This document shows positions 9,663 to 18,450 of a stretch of DNA of 64,000 bases, piece by piece. Both the position numbers and the translations under genes were made by a program. Origin of the DNA: Bacteroidaceae bacterium (lineage in GTDB: Bacteria; Bacteroidota; Bacteroidia; Bacteroidales; Bacteroidaceae); assembly GCA_017464815.1 (NCBI GenBank), contig JAFTYI010000005.1:22034-86033 (forward strand). Direction: 5' to 3'. Position 1 is the stretch's first letter; the number at the start of each line of letters is the position of its first letter. The notes beneath the pieces were generated by a model. The model saw only the letters and a list, made by a program, of their open reading frames with translations. It was not told where the DNA came from and ran no database searches.

Positions 9663-11264
9663 ATGAAAGCGTTATTACACTATCCGACTTTTTTTATATG
9701 CATTGCATGTATATTCTGCATATCATCGACTAATTTCGATATGGCAGATGCCATTCGCCGCTGTACGGCTTTGGTTTCTGCCATATCACTATTGTTAGGA
9801 TATTGCTTCTGGTTGTTGATGAAAGGTCCTTCAATACAAATTCCAACAGACAAAATATTGAAAACATTTTGTCTAGTAGGGGTATTTGAAATCCTATATT
9901 CCATATTACAGATTCTTGGAGTAATTAACAACCATTTTCACTATCACTTTTTTTCAGGTAGTTTTGAAAATCCTGCAATTTTGGGAATGCTACTTTCTTT
10001 TTGCATCTCAATAAGTTATTATTATACCATCAAATCTGTTAACAAAGAAAGGGTTCTATGGCTAGCAATTACAATTTTGATGATTTCTTTTATAGTTCTT
10101 TCTGGCTCCAGAACATCATTAATCGCGTCCTTCTCTTCTATTTCCTTTATCAGCTACATAGAAATCCCTAAATGTGCAAAATTGTTCAAAAATAAATATT
10201 TCCTACTATTCGCACCTGTTGTATTGATTATAGCATCATTACTCTTATATTTTTATAAAATGGACTCTGCAAATGGAAGATTACTTATATGGAACGTGTC
10301 TTATGAAATGATAAAGGATAAACCATTTTTAGGGTGGGGCACTGATGGATTCTTAGCACAATATATGTATCATCAAGCACAATACTTTATTCAAAATCCC
10401 AATTCTCCTTATAGCGATTTGGCAAGTGAAGTAAGTTTCCCTTTCAATGAATTTATTAAGTGTGCGGTTAATTATGGACTTATTACGTTAATGATGATGA
10501 TTTTGCTACTTATTCTAACAGTCATATTCATTTGGAAAGAATATAAATCTAAACGATGTGTAATATTAAGCATAATCTTAACATTGATAATGTGGGGAAT
10601 GTTTTCTTATCCATCTGATGTTCCTTTTGTTTGGCTTATAGTATTGTATCTTGTTTTGTCCATTTTAGATACATTCTTAAAGAAATATTATTTAAAATAC
10701 ATACCCATTATCCTTATATGCGTATGTAGTACAATGCTTGTTTTTATAGGTAAACGATATTATAGAGAATTCGAAAGAATATCCTTGCAAGAAAATGCCT
10801 TGAATAATTGGGATAAAAACATATCAGCAGAATATGTCCGGATTTACGAACACAACAAAGAAAATTATCGTTTTTTGTATAATTATGGTGCTATTTTACA
10901 CTATCATAGGATGTATAAAGAAAGTCTTGGAATTTTAAAAGAATGTTCCAAGCATTTAGCCGATTACAACGTACAACTACTTATAGCAGATAATTATCAA
11001 CGTATAGGAATACCTGATTCTGCAATTTCGGCATATCGTTATGCAAGCAACATGATTCCCAACAGATTTCTTCCACTGTATTATCAAATGGTAGTATATC
11101 AAGAGCAAGGCGAACATTATAAAGCACAAGAAATCGCGAAAACTATCATTCACAAAAAAAACAAAATAAAAGAATCAAAGACTGTTAAAGAGATTATTAA
11201 AAGAGCTAATGAATGTCTAAAGGACAATGGCCAAGCCTGTGAGAATTCACTCTCCTGCAATTAG
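9663..11264 (+). CDS. O-antigen ligase (Wzy_C) family membrane protein with C-terminal TPR
   Basis: GSFENPA, SGSRTS, DSANGRLLIW..KPFLGWG, FNEFI motifs; many TM segments; C-terminal TPR-like helices (YRYASNMIPNRFLPLY). Confidence 0.85.
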   Translation: MKALLHYPTFFICIACIFCISSTNFDMADAIRRCTALVSAISLLLGYCFWLLMKGPSIQIPTDKILKTFCLVGVFEILYSILQILGVINNHFHYHFFSGSFENPAILGMLLSFCISISYYYTIKSVNKERVLWLAITILMISFIVLSGSRTSLIASFSSISFISYIEIPKCAKLFKNKYFLLFAPVVLIIASLLLYFYKMDSANGRLLIWNVSYEMIKDKPFLGWGTDGFLAQYMYHQAQYFIQNPNSPYSDLASEVSFPFNEFIKCAVNYGLITLMMMILLLILTVIFIWKEYKSKRCVILSIILTLIMWGMFSYPSDVPFVWLIVLYLVLSILDTFLKKYYLKYIPIILICVCSTMLVFIGKRYYREFERISLQENALNNWDKNISAEYVRIYEHNKENYRFLYNYGAILHYHRMYKESLGILKECSKHLADYNVQLLIADNYQRIGIPDSAISAYRYASNMIPNRFLPLYYQMVVYQEQGEHYKAQEIAKTIIHKKNKIKESKTVKEIIKRANECLKDNGQACENSLSCN

Positions 11265-11346
11265 TGCAATAAAGCGGAAGCGAAAAAGTGGATGAAGCTG
11301 AGAGTTCCGATGCAAATTTAGTTTTATCGATTATAAACGATAAAAC

Positions 11347-11643
11347 ATGGAAAATAATTCTATTCTTCTTTTAAAATCGAAGTTTTTCCTTTTCAGAAGG
11401 GGAAAAGGTGAATTTCATAGCCAAATACAGTGGGAGTTTCTTCACACCACAATCGGCAAAATCTTTACAATAAAAAACGGTTATGGTGTGGAATTGATGC
11501 GTTTGTACAATCCTGCATCGATTCGAATGCTCGTCTTTATCAACACGGACAAAGAGAAGGATGCGATGAAATGTATCGAAAGAATCTGTAGTTATGTGGC
11601 CTTTGACAATTCCCTGGTTGAAGAATTGAAGCTAAAGGAATAA
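11347..11643 (+). CDS. Hypothetical protein
   Basis: 98-aa ORF in the AT-rich island; no recognisable motif. Confidence 0.4.
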   Translation: MENNSILLLKSKFFLFRRGKGEFHSQIQWEFLHTTIGKIFTIKNGYGVELMRLYNPASIRMLVFINTDKEKDAMKCIERICSYVAFDNSLVEELKLKE

Positions 11644-11765
11644 AATCGAGAAGCGTCAAGCACGGGTAAAACAAACTTTATTCAGGAAAATAAAAAAAAG
11701 AGAGAGCTAAGGGAGGTTGTTTCAAGAATAAGCATTACTTTTGCCCGAAAGAACAGAAGAACGAC

Positions 11766-14324
11766 ATGGAAGCAACCACATCCCACACATTTTCAGCCGG
11801 AAGCAACCGCGAGCTGGAACTGGCTCGCCAATTCATTGAACAGACTGACACGAACGTGTTCCTCACCGGTAAGGCCGGTACGGGAAAGACCACTTTCCTG
11901 AAACAACTGCGTGCCAACAGTCCCAAGCGTATGGTGGTGGTGGCACCCACGGGCGTGGCGGCCATCAATGCGGGGGGAGTGACCATCCACTCGTTTTTCC
12001 AACTGCCCTTGTCGCCCTACGTGCCGGGCATGTCGTTCAGCGAGAGCGGACGCAAGCAGTACAGCTTCAGCAAGGAGAAGAAAAACATCCTGCGCAGCCT
12101 CGACCTGCTGGTGATTGACGAGATAAGTATGGTGAGGGCCGACCTGCTGGACGCCATCGACTCGGTGCTTCGCCGCTACAAAGATCACACGCGCCCCTTC
12201 GGCGGTGTGCAACTGCTGATGATTGGTGACCTGCAACAGCTCTCGCCCGTGGTGAAGGAGAGCGAGGTGCACCTGTTGAAGCCCCACTACGAGACGTTCT
12301 ACTTCTTTGGCAGCCACGCCCTGAAGCAGAGCCGCTACGTGACCATCGAGCTGAAGACCATCTACCGCCAGACGGACGAGCAGTTTGTAGGCATCCTGAA
12401 TGCCATCCGCGAACGCCGCATCGACAACCAGCTGTTGGCACGGCTCAACGAACGGCATATCCCCGGTTTCAAGGCCGAGGATGCCGACGGCTACATCCGC
12501 CTGACCACCCACAACCACACGGCCCAACACTACAACGAACAGCGGTTGGCCGCCATCCCCTCGCAGGCTTACTCCTTCCAAGCCGAGGTGAAGGGAAACT
12601 TCAGCGAAGCGCTCTATCCCGCCGAGGCGTCGCTCACGCTGAAACAGGGGGCACAGGTGATGTTCATCCGCAACGACGAGTCGGGCCAAGGGCGCTACTA
12701 CAACGGAAAGATAGGCCACGTGCAGACGGTGACGCCTCATAACATCGTGGTGCGATGCGACGACGGGGCCGCCTTCAACGTGGAGCCGAGCGAATGGGCC
12801 AACAGCCGCTACACACTGGACGAGGCCACCAAGGAGATACGCGAGGAGGTGGAGGGCACCTTCCGCCAATACCCCCTCAGACTGGCATGGGCCATCACCA
12901 TACACAAGAGTCAGGGACTGACGTTTGAGAAGGCCGTCATCGACGCTGCCGCCTCGTTTGCCCACGGACAGGTGTATGTGGCACTGAGCCGGTGCAAGAC
13001 GCTGGAGGGGTTGGTGCTGGCATCGCCCGTCACCGCCTCGGCCATCATCAGCGACGATGCCGTGGCCGACTTCATGCACAGTGGAGCCACCCTGACCGAA
13101 GAGGCCACCAAGCGTCTCGGAAGACTCCAGTATGACTACTTCTACAAACTGCTGGACGAGCTTTTCAACTTCCAGTTTCTGCGCCGCGACTTCGACCAGG
13201 TGCGCCGCCTGCTGGACGAATATTTCTACCGCCTCTACCCTGCCCTGCTCGAACAATACGGGAAGACGGCCACCCCCTTCAAAGAGCAGCTGACCGACGT
13301 GGCCGACAGGTTCCGCCAACAGTACACGGCCCTGATGCAACAATCGGCTGACCACACCACCGACCGCCACTTGCAGGAGCGCATCGGGAAGGCTGCCACC
13401 TACTTCCACCAGAAGCTGGACGAACTGCTGATGGAACTGCTGACAGTCACCAAGGTGGAGACCGACAACCAGGCCATCCGCAAACGCATGGACGAGGCGG
13501 TGTTCAACCTGCGCGAATCGTTTTACCTCAAACGCGAACTGATGCGCCACTTCGGCACTCACGTGTTCAGCGCAAGCGACTACCTGCAGGCCAAAGCCGT
13601 CGTCACACTGGAGGGGAGCGACACGCTGTTCAACCCCAAGCCATCCAAAGCCACAAAGAAGAAAGGACGCTCGGCCGGCAGCATGACCGACAACATCCCC
13701 ACCGACATCCTCTATCCCCAGCTGTACAAGGCCCTGCAGGAGTGGCGCCGGCAGAAGAGTGGCGAACTGGGCCTGCCCGCCTACACCATCCTGCAACAGA
13801 AGGCGCTCATCTGCATGGCCAACTCCATGCCCGAGACCATAGAGCGGCTTATCGACATACCCTACTTCGGCAAACGGGGAGGAGAGAAATTCGGTGAGGA
13901 GATTCTCGCCATCATCCGCCACTTTATTGAGGAGCACGGCCACGAACTGGACGAACGGCCTACCCCCATCAGCCGCACCGAGCTGGAGAAACAACTGAAG
14001 GCTGAGGCCAAGGCCGAGCGCGAAAAGAACAAGCCGCCCAAAGTGGACACCAAGGAGCAGACCTACCTGTTATATAAGGAGGGGAAGAGCATCGACGAGA
14101 TTGCCGCCCTGCGCGGCTTGGCCCGCACTACCATCGAAATTCATTTGGCGCACTACGTGGCCAAAGGCGAACTGCCGCTCAGTGATTTCATTCCCGAAGA
14201 GAAGGTGCGCCGCATCCGAGCCGTCCTGCCAAAGACCTCTTCGCTGACAGAGGCCAAAAACCTCTTGGGCGATGCCATCTCCTACGGGGAGATAAGGATG
14301 GTGATGACCGCGTTTTATTCTTAA
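11766..14324 (+). CDS. PIF1/RecD-like SF1B helicase with HRDC and C-terminal HTH
   Basis: Walker A GKAGTGKT, DEISM, GDLQQL, TIHKSQG, YVALSR; HRDC LYKALQEWR; -7 box at 11736-11743. Confidence 0.9.
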   Translation: MEATTSHTFSAGSNRELELARQFIEQTDTNVFLTGKAGTGKTTFLKQLRANSPKRMVVVAPTGVAAINAGGVTIHSFFQLPLSPYVPGMSFSESGRKQYSFSKEKKNILRSLDLLVIDEISMVRADLLDAIDSVLRRYKDHTRPFGGVQLLMIGDLQQLSPVVKESEVHLLKPHYETFYFFGSHALKQSRYVTIELKTIYRQTDEQFVGILNAIRERRIDNQLLARLNERHIPGFKAEDADGYIRLTTHNHTAQHYNEQRLAAIPSQAYSFQAEVKGNFSEALYPAEASLTLKQGAQVMFIRNDESGQGRYYNGKIGHVQTVTPHNIVVRCDDGAAFNVEPSEWANSRYTLDEATKEIREEVEGTFRQYPLRLAWAITIHKSQGLTFEKAVIDAAASFAHGQVYVALSRCKTLEGLVLASPVTASAIISDDAVADFMHSGATLTEEATKRLGRLQYDYFYKLLDELFNFQFLRRDFDQVRRLLDEYFYRLYPALLEQYGKTATPFKEQLTDVADRFRQQYTALMQQSADHTTDRHLQERIGKAATYFHQKLDELLMELLTVTKVETDNQAIRKRMDEAVFNLRESFYLKRELMRHFGTHVFSASDYLQAKAVVTLEGSDTLFNPKPSKATKKKGRSAGSMTDNIPTDILYPQLYKALQEWRRQKSGELGLPAYTILQQKALICMANSMPETIERLIDIPYFGKRGGEKFGEEILAIIRHFIEEHGHELDERPTPISRTELEKQLKAEAKAEREKNKPPKVDTKEQTYLLYKEGKSIDEIAALRGLARTTIEIHLAHYVAKGELPLSDFIPEEKVRRIRAVLPKTSSLTEAKNLLGDAISYGEIRMVMTAFYS

Positions 14325-14382
14325 CTTTAATTCTTAACTTCTAATTTTTAACTTTTAATTTTTAACTTTTAATTTTTAATTT
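14320..14382. repeat. AT-rich heptamer tandem repeat (TTTTAAY)n
   Basis: Seen directly between the helicase and NUDIX genes. Confidence 0.8.
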
Positions 14383-14391
14383 CTATCTCAA

Positions 14392-14916
14392 TTGCATCCA
14401 TTACATAAATTCCACTACTGCCCCGTGTGCGGCTCGGCCCACTTCGAGGTGAACAACGAGAAGTCGAAGCGTTGCCGCGCGTGTGGCTTTACCTATTATT
14501 TCAACTCCTGTGCGGCCACCGTGGCCTTCATCCTGAACAGTCGGGACGAGCTGTTGGTGTGTCGCCGGGCCAAGGAGCCGGCCAAAGGGACGCTGGACTT
14601 GCCCGGCGGATTCATCGACATGTATGAAACGGGCGAAGAGGGCGTTAGTCGTGAGGTAAAGGAAGAGACGGGGCTCACCGTCGGCCAGGCTCGCTACCTC
14701 TTTTCGCTACCCAACACTTACCTCTACTCGGACTTCCTCGTGCATACGCTCGACCAGTTCTTCCTCTGCACGGTGGACGAGTCGGCTCCCCTGCAAGCAC
14801 TCGACGATGTGGCCGAAAGCTGGTGGGTGCCGTTGGCCGACATCGACCCTGCCCTTTTCGGACTCGACTCGGTGCGGGAAGGGGTGAAGAGGTTCTTGAA
14901 GAATCATAAACGTTGA
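14392..14916 (+). CDS. NUDIX hydrolase with zinc ribbon (NudC-like)
   Basis: CPVC..CRAC; Nudix box GGFIDMYETGEEGVSREVKEETG; TTG start. Confidence 0.9.
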   Translation: MHPLHKFHYCPVCGSAHFEVNNEKSKRCRACGFTYYFNSCAATVAFILNSRDELLVCRRAKEPAKGTLDLPGGFIDMYETGEEGVSREVKEETGLTVGQARYLFSLPNTYLYSDFLVHTLDQFFLCTVDESAPLQALDDVAESWWVPLADIDPALFGLDSVREGVKRFLKNHKR

Positions 14917-14925
14917 ACTAAAATT

Positions 14926-16275
14926 ATGAACCGAGACACAATAGACTTTGAAAACGGGCGGGTGAGCACGCTCTTCCGCCGCATACTGATACCGACACTG
15001 CTAGGGTCGCTGGCCGTGTCGAGTGTGACAGCCATCGACGGCATCTTCATCGGCCACGGTGTGGGAGCCGACGGCGTGGCGGCGGTGAACATTGTGGTGC
15101 CGGTGTACCAGATTATGTCGGGCTTGGGCCTGATGGTGGGTGCGGGATGCTCGGTGGTGAGTAGCATCCACGTGGGGCGACGCAAGCTGAAGGCGGCGCG
15201 AATGAACGTGACACAGGCTCTGGTGGGCACCTCGCTGGTGTGTGCACTCATCAGTGCAGCCATTCTGCTGTGGCCGACAGAGACGGCTCGCCTGCTGGGG
15301 TCATCGGAAACGCTGCTTTCTCAGGTGAGGGACTATCTGCTGTGGATTACTCCCTGCTTCATCTTCCAAATGTGGAGTTTCATCGGCCTGTTCATCATCC
15401 GCCTGGACGGAGCGCCGCGGATGGCCATGTGGTGCAACGTCATCCCCTGTGTGATGAATGCCGTGCTCGACTGGCTCTTCATCTTCCCCCTCGGCATGGG
15501 CGTGAAGGGTGCGGCCATCGCTACGGGCATCAGCATCGCCACGGGCGGCGTGATGGCCCTCGGTTACCTGTTGTTCTTTGCCCGCAGCCTACGGCCTGAG
15601 CGGGTGAAGTGGAGCAGCAAGAGCCTACGCCTGAGCCTGAGAAACATCGGCTACCAGTGCCGCATCGGGTCGGCCTCGCTGTTGGGCGAGATGACGCTGG
15701 CCGTGCTCACCTTTGTGGGCAACCTCACCTTCATGCACTACCTGGGCGACGAGGGCGTGGGGGCCTTCGGCATCGCCTGCTACTATTCGCCCTTCTTCTT
15801 TATGATAGGCAATGCCGTGGCGCAATCGGCACAGCCCATCATCAGCTACGACTTCGGCACGGGGCGCCACGAGCGCATCCGCCAAGCCTTGCGCCTGATG
15901 CTGGGCACATCGGTGGGGTTCGCCGTGGCGGTCATCTTGGGCTTTGTCTTCTTCCCCCGTCCGCTAACGGCGCTCTTCGTCGACCCACAGAGCGAGGCCG
16001 GCCTGTTGGCCATCGAGGGCTTCCCCTACTTTGCCGCAGGCATCCTGTTCTACATCCTCAACATTGCCCTGACGGGATACTACCAGAGTCTGGAGTACAT
16101 GCGCCGTGCCACCCTCATCGTAGTGCTGCGCACGATACTCCTTGTCCCCTGTTTCCTGTTGCTTCCCCTGTGGACGGGCACACCGGGCATCTGGCTGGCC
16201 ATGCCTGTGGCCGAGATGCTGACATTGGGGGTTATCCTCGGCGGAAAACTGAAAAGGGAAAGCCGATTTCGCTAA
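14926..16275 (+). CDS. MATE-family efflux transporter
   Basis: IDGIFIGHGVG, LDWLFIFPLGMGVKGAAIAT, AQPIISY; about 12 TM segments. Confidence 0.9.
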   Translation: MNRDTIDFENGRVSTLFRRILIPTLLGSLAVSSVTAIDGIFIGHGVGADGVAAVNIVVPVYQIMSGLGLMVGAGCSVVSSIHVGRRKLKAARMNVTQALVGTSLVCALISAAILLWPTETARLLGSSETLLSQVRDYLLWITPCFIFQMWSFIGLFIIRLDGAPRMAMWCNVIPCVMNAVLDWLFIFPLGMGVKGAAIATGISIATGGVMALGYLLFFARSLRPERVKWSSKSLRLSLRNIGYQCRIGSASLLGEMTLAVLTFVGNLTFMHYLGDEGVGAFGIACYYSPFFFMIGNAVAQSAQPIISYDFGTGRHERIRQALRLMLGTSVGFAVAVILGFVFFPRPLTALFVDPQSEAGLLAIEGFPYFAAGILFYILNIALTGYYQSLEYMRRATLIVVLRTILLVPCFLLLPLWTGTPGIWLAMPVAEMLTLGVILGGKLKRESRFR

Positions 16276-16375
16276 AAAATCTAAAAGTGTCTCATTCGTT
16301 TGGTTATTTGGATAAAACTTCCTACCTTTGCAGGCAAGATGGAATGAACCATCAACAATCAAAAAAAAGAAGGAT

Positions 16376-16900
16376 ATGATAAGCAAGAAGTTACACGATG
16401 CGATTAACGCACAAATCAATGCCGAACTGTGGTCGGCTTATCTCTATCTGGCCATGTCGCTGGATGCTGAGACAAAGGGATACAAGGGCGTAGCCAACTG
16501 GTTCTACGTGCAGTTTCAAGAGGAGCAGGATCATGCCCGCATCTTCATGAACTACCTGAACAGCGTGGATGCCAAGGTGACACTGCTTCCCATCGAAGAG
16601 GTGCCCGCCACATGGGAGAGCGTGTTGGCCATGTTCAAGCAGACATTGGAGCATGAGAAGAAGGTGACCTCCCTCATCAACAACCTGGCCGCCATTGCTA
16701 ACGACGATCGCGACTTTGCCTCCATCAACCGCCTCGTTTGGTTCATCGACGAGCAGGTAGAGGAAGAGGAGAATGCCCGCGACATGATTACCGCCGTAGA
16801 GGCCGTGGAGGACAACAAGTACGGCATGTACATGCTGGACAAGGAGTTGGCCACACGCACTTACACAACACCTTCACCGTTGGCAACTTCGGCTGAATAA
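16376..16900 (+). CDS. ftnA: Non-heme ferritin
   Basis: QINAELWSAYLY, EEQDHA, WFIDEQVEEE; start corrected to ATG 16376, after -7 box TACCTTTG 16323-16330. Confidence 0.92.
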   Translation: MISKKLHDAINAQINAELWSAYLYLAMSLDAETKGYKGVANWFYVQFQEEQDHARIFMNYLNSVDAKVTLLPIEEVPATWESVLAMFKQTLEHEKKVTSLINNLAAIANDDRDFASINRLVWFIDEQVEEEENARDMITAVEAVEDNKYGMYMLDKELATRTYTTPSPLATSAE

Positions 16901-16903
16901 TAT

Positions 16904-17024
16904 TTTAGGCACGGATTACACTGATTACGCGGATTCAGTATGCAATGTTCAGTACTGCATAATAAAGTCGAATCGGTGTAATCCGCGGAGTTCCCTTGAG
17001 CACAGCGAAAAATCCGTGCCTAAA
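16904..17024. repeat. Palindromic REP/MITE-like element, family A (TAGGCACGGATT...AATCCGTGCCTA)
   Basis: 14-bp terminal inverted repeat; related copies at 24270, 25649, 41444, 51197. Confidence 0.85.
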
Positions 17025-17037
17025 TTTACCACAAGCC

Positions 17038-17472
17038 ATGTCCGAATCCGAAATATTCCTCTCCCACCACATCCGCCCGACGGCAGTGCGCCAACTCGTC
17101 TGGCGGGAAATATTGCACATCGACAACGCCTTCTCGTTGGCCGATGTGGAGGACTTATTGCCCAATATGGACCGTAGCAGCATCTTCCGTACCCTCTCCC
17201 TTTTTGAAGAGCACGGTCTGCTCCACGGGTTCGAGGATGGTAGCGGACACCGCAAGTATTGCCTCTGTATGGAGCACGACGAGGCGGAGGGGCATCATCA
17301 CCACCATTGCCACCACGTTCATGCCTTCTGCACCGTGTGTCATCGCACCTTCTGCCTGAAGGAGGAGCACATCCCGACCGTGCAACTCCCCGAGGGATTC
17401 ACCCCCCAACATATCAACTACGTGGTGCAAGGCGTGTGCGAGGAGTGTGGGAAGAAAAGCACTTCCTATTGA
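17038..17472 (+). CDS. Fur-family transcriptional regulator with His-rich insert
   Basis: IRPTAVR, DRSSIFRTLSLF, HxHxxCxxC and C-terminal CxxC; HDEAEGHHHHHCHH insert. Confidence 0.85.
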   Translation: MSESEIFLSHHIRPTAVRQLVWREILHIDNAFSLADVEDLLPNMDRSSIFRTLSLFEEHGLLHGFEDGSGHRKYCLCMEHDEAEGHHHHHCHHVHAFCTVCHRTFCLKEEHIPTVQLPEGFTPQHINYVVQGVCEECGKKSTSY

Positions 17473-17474
17473 TT

Positions 17475-17738
17475 ATTATTAGTGTCCGCTAAACAGTAAT
17501 AATTCCCTGTCCTTAAATGTTTTAGATGTGAACAAGCCCTTTTTATGCCCACTGACGGTCTCTTGTCATTCTGAACGAAGTGAAGACGAGTTGTTGAGGA
17601 CTTCGTCCGAAAAATCTGTAAACGTCAGCAAAAACTAAAGCACACGTTATCAGATTCTTCACTTCGTTCAGAATGACAGAGACGGCCTAAACTTGCAGGG
17701 AAATAAATCAATTGAAGTTTTTAGCGGACACTAATAAT
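17475..17738. repeat. Nested inverted-repeat element (MITE-like shell around a REP-like doublet)
   Basis: Outer perfect 19-bp IR 17475-17493/17720-17738; inner perfect 23-bp IR TGTCATTCTGAACGAAGTGAAGA 17564-17586/17656-17678. Confidence 0.85.
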
Positions 17739-17741
17739 TGA

Positions 17742-18299
17742 TTATTGATTCAAGCTGCGCTTCACCACGGCAGGACATCCCGCCACGAGCGAGTCATCGG
17801 GGACATCCCTCGTCACCACACTTCCGGCGGCTATGATGCAACGGTTTCCGATGGTCACCCCCGGACAGACGGTGACGTTTCCTCCCAACCACGTGTCTTC
17901 GCCAATGGTGATGGGGAAAGCCGTCTCCTTCGGCTCGCGACGCTCCATGGGGTCGGTGGGATGATTCGGCGTATAGAAGCTGCAATTAGGGCCAATCTTG
18001 GTGTGTTTGCCAATCTTTATGAATCCGCCATCGAGCATCACGCAATTGTAGTTGATGAACACCCCTTCGCCCAACACGATGCCATGTCCGTGGTCGCAAT
18101 GGAAGGGCGGACAGATGGTGGCCGTTGAGGGCAATCCCGGTATCAGTTGCTCCATCAAGGGGCGATACTCCTCATCACTGATGGTCAATCCCCGTAAACG
18201 GGCGCACAACTTCTGAGCACGCACAATGCTTGCTTCCACTTCGGGGTCGGAGAAGTAGTACATCTCCTGACTACGCATCTTTTCAATCTCTTTTTTCAT
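17742..18299 (-). CDS. Maltose/galactoside O-acetyltransferase family (hexapeptide repeat)
   Basis: PPFHCDHG, WLGGNVTVCPGVTIG, GSVVTRDVP..AGCPA; start corrected to ATG at 18299. Confidence 0.9.
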   Translation of the reverse strand: MKKEIEKMRSQEMYYFSDPEVEASIVRAQKLCARLRGLTISDEEYRPLMEQLIPGLPSTATICPPFHCDHGHGIVLGEGVFINYNCVMLDGGFIKIGKHTKIGPNCSFYTPNHPTDPMERREPKETAFPITIGEDTWLGGNVTVCPGVTIGNRCIIAAGSVVTRDVPDDSLVAGCPAVVKRSLNQ

Positions 18300-18450
18300 A
18301 CGGTAACTCTTTTTTTTCGAGCCGCAAATATACGGAAAAAGAGGCAAACAAAACAAGAGCAAATCCTAAACAAATTAAAAACATACGAAGAAATTGCGTA
18401 CATACGGGAAAAAAGTCGTAGTTTTGTGCCATATATCAAACAAGATTACG

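Noticed and set aside
17588-17612. Hammerhead ribozyme (UGA-stem-GAAA resemblance)
   Set aside because: The catalytic CUGANGA core is not intact (UUGUUGA, or CCCUUGA in other copies) and I could not place stems I and III with a cleavage triplet
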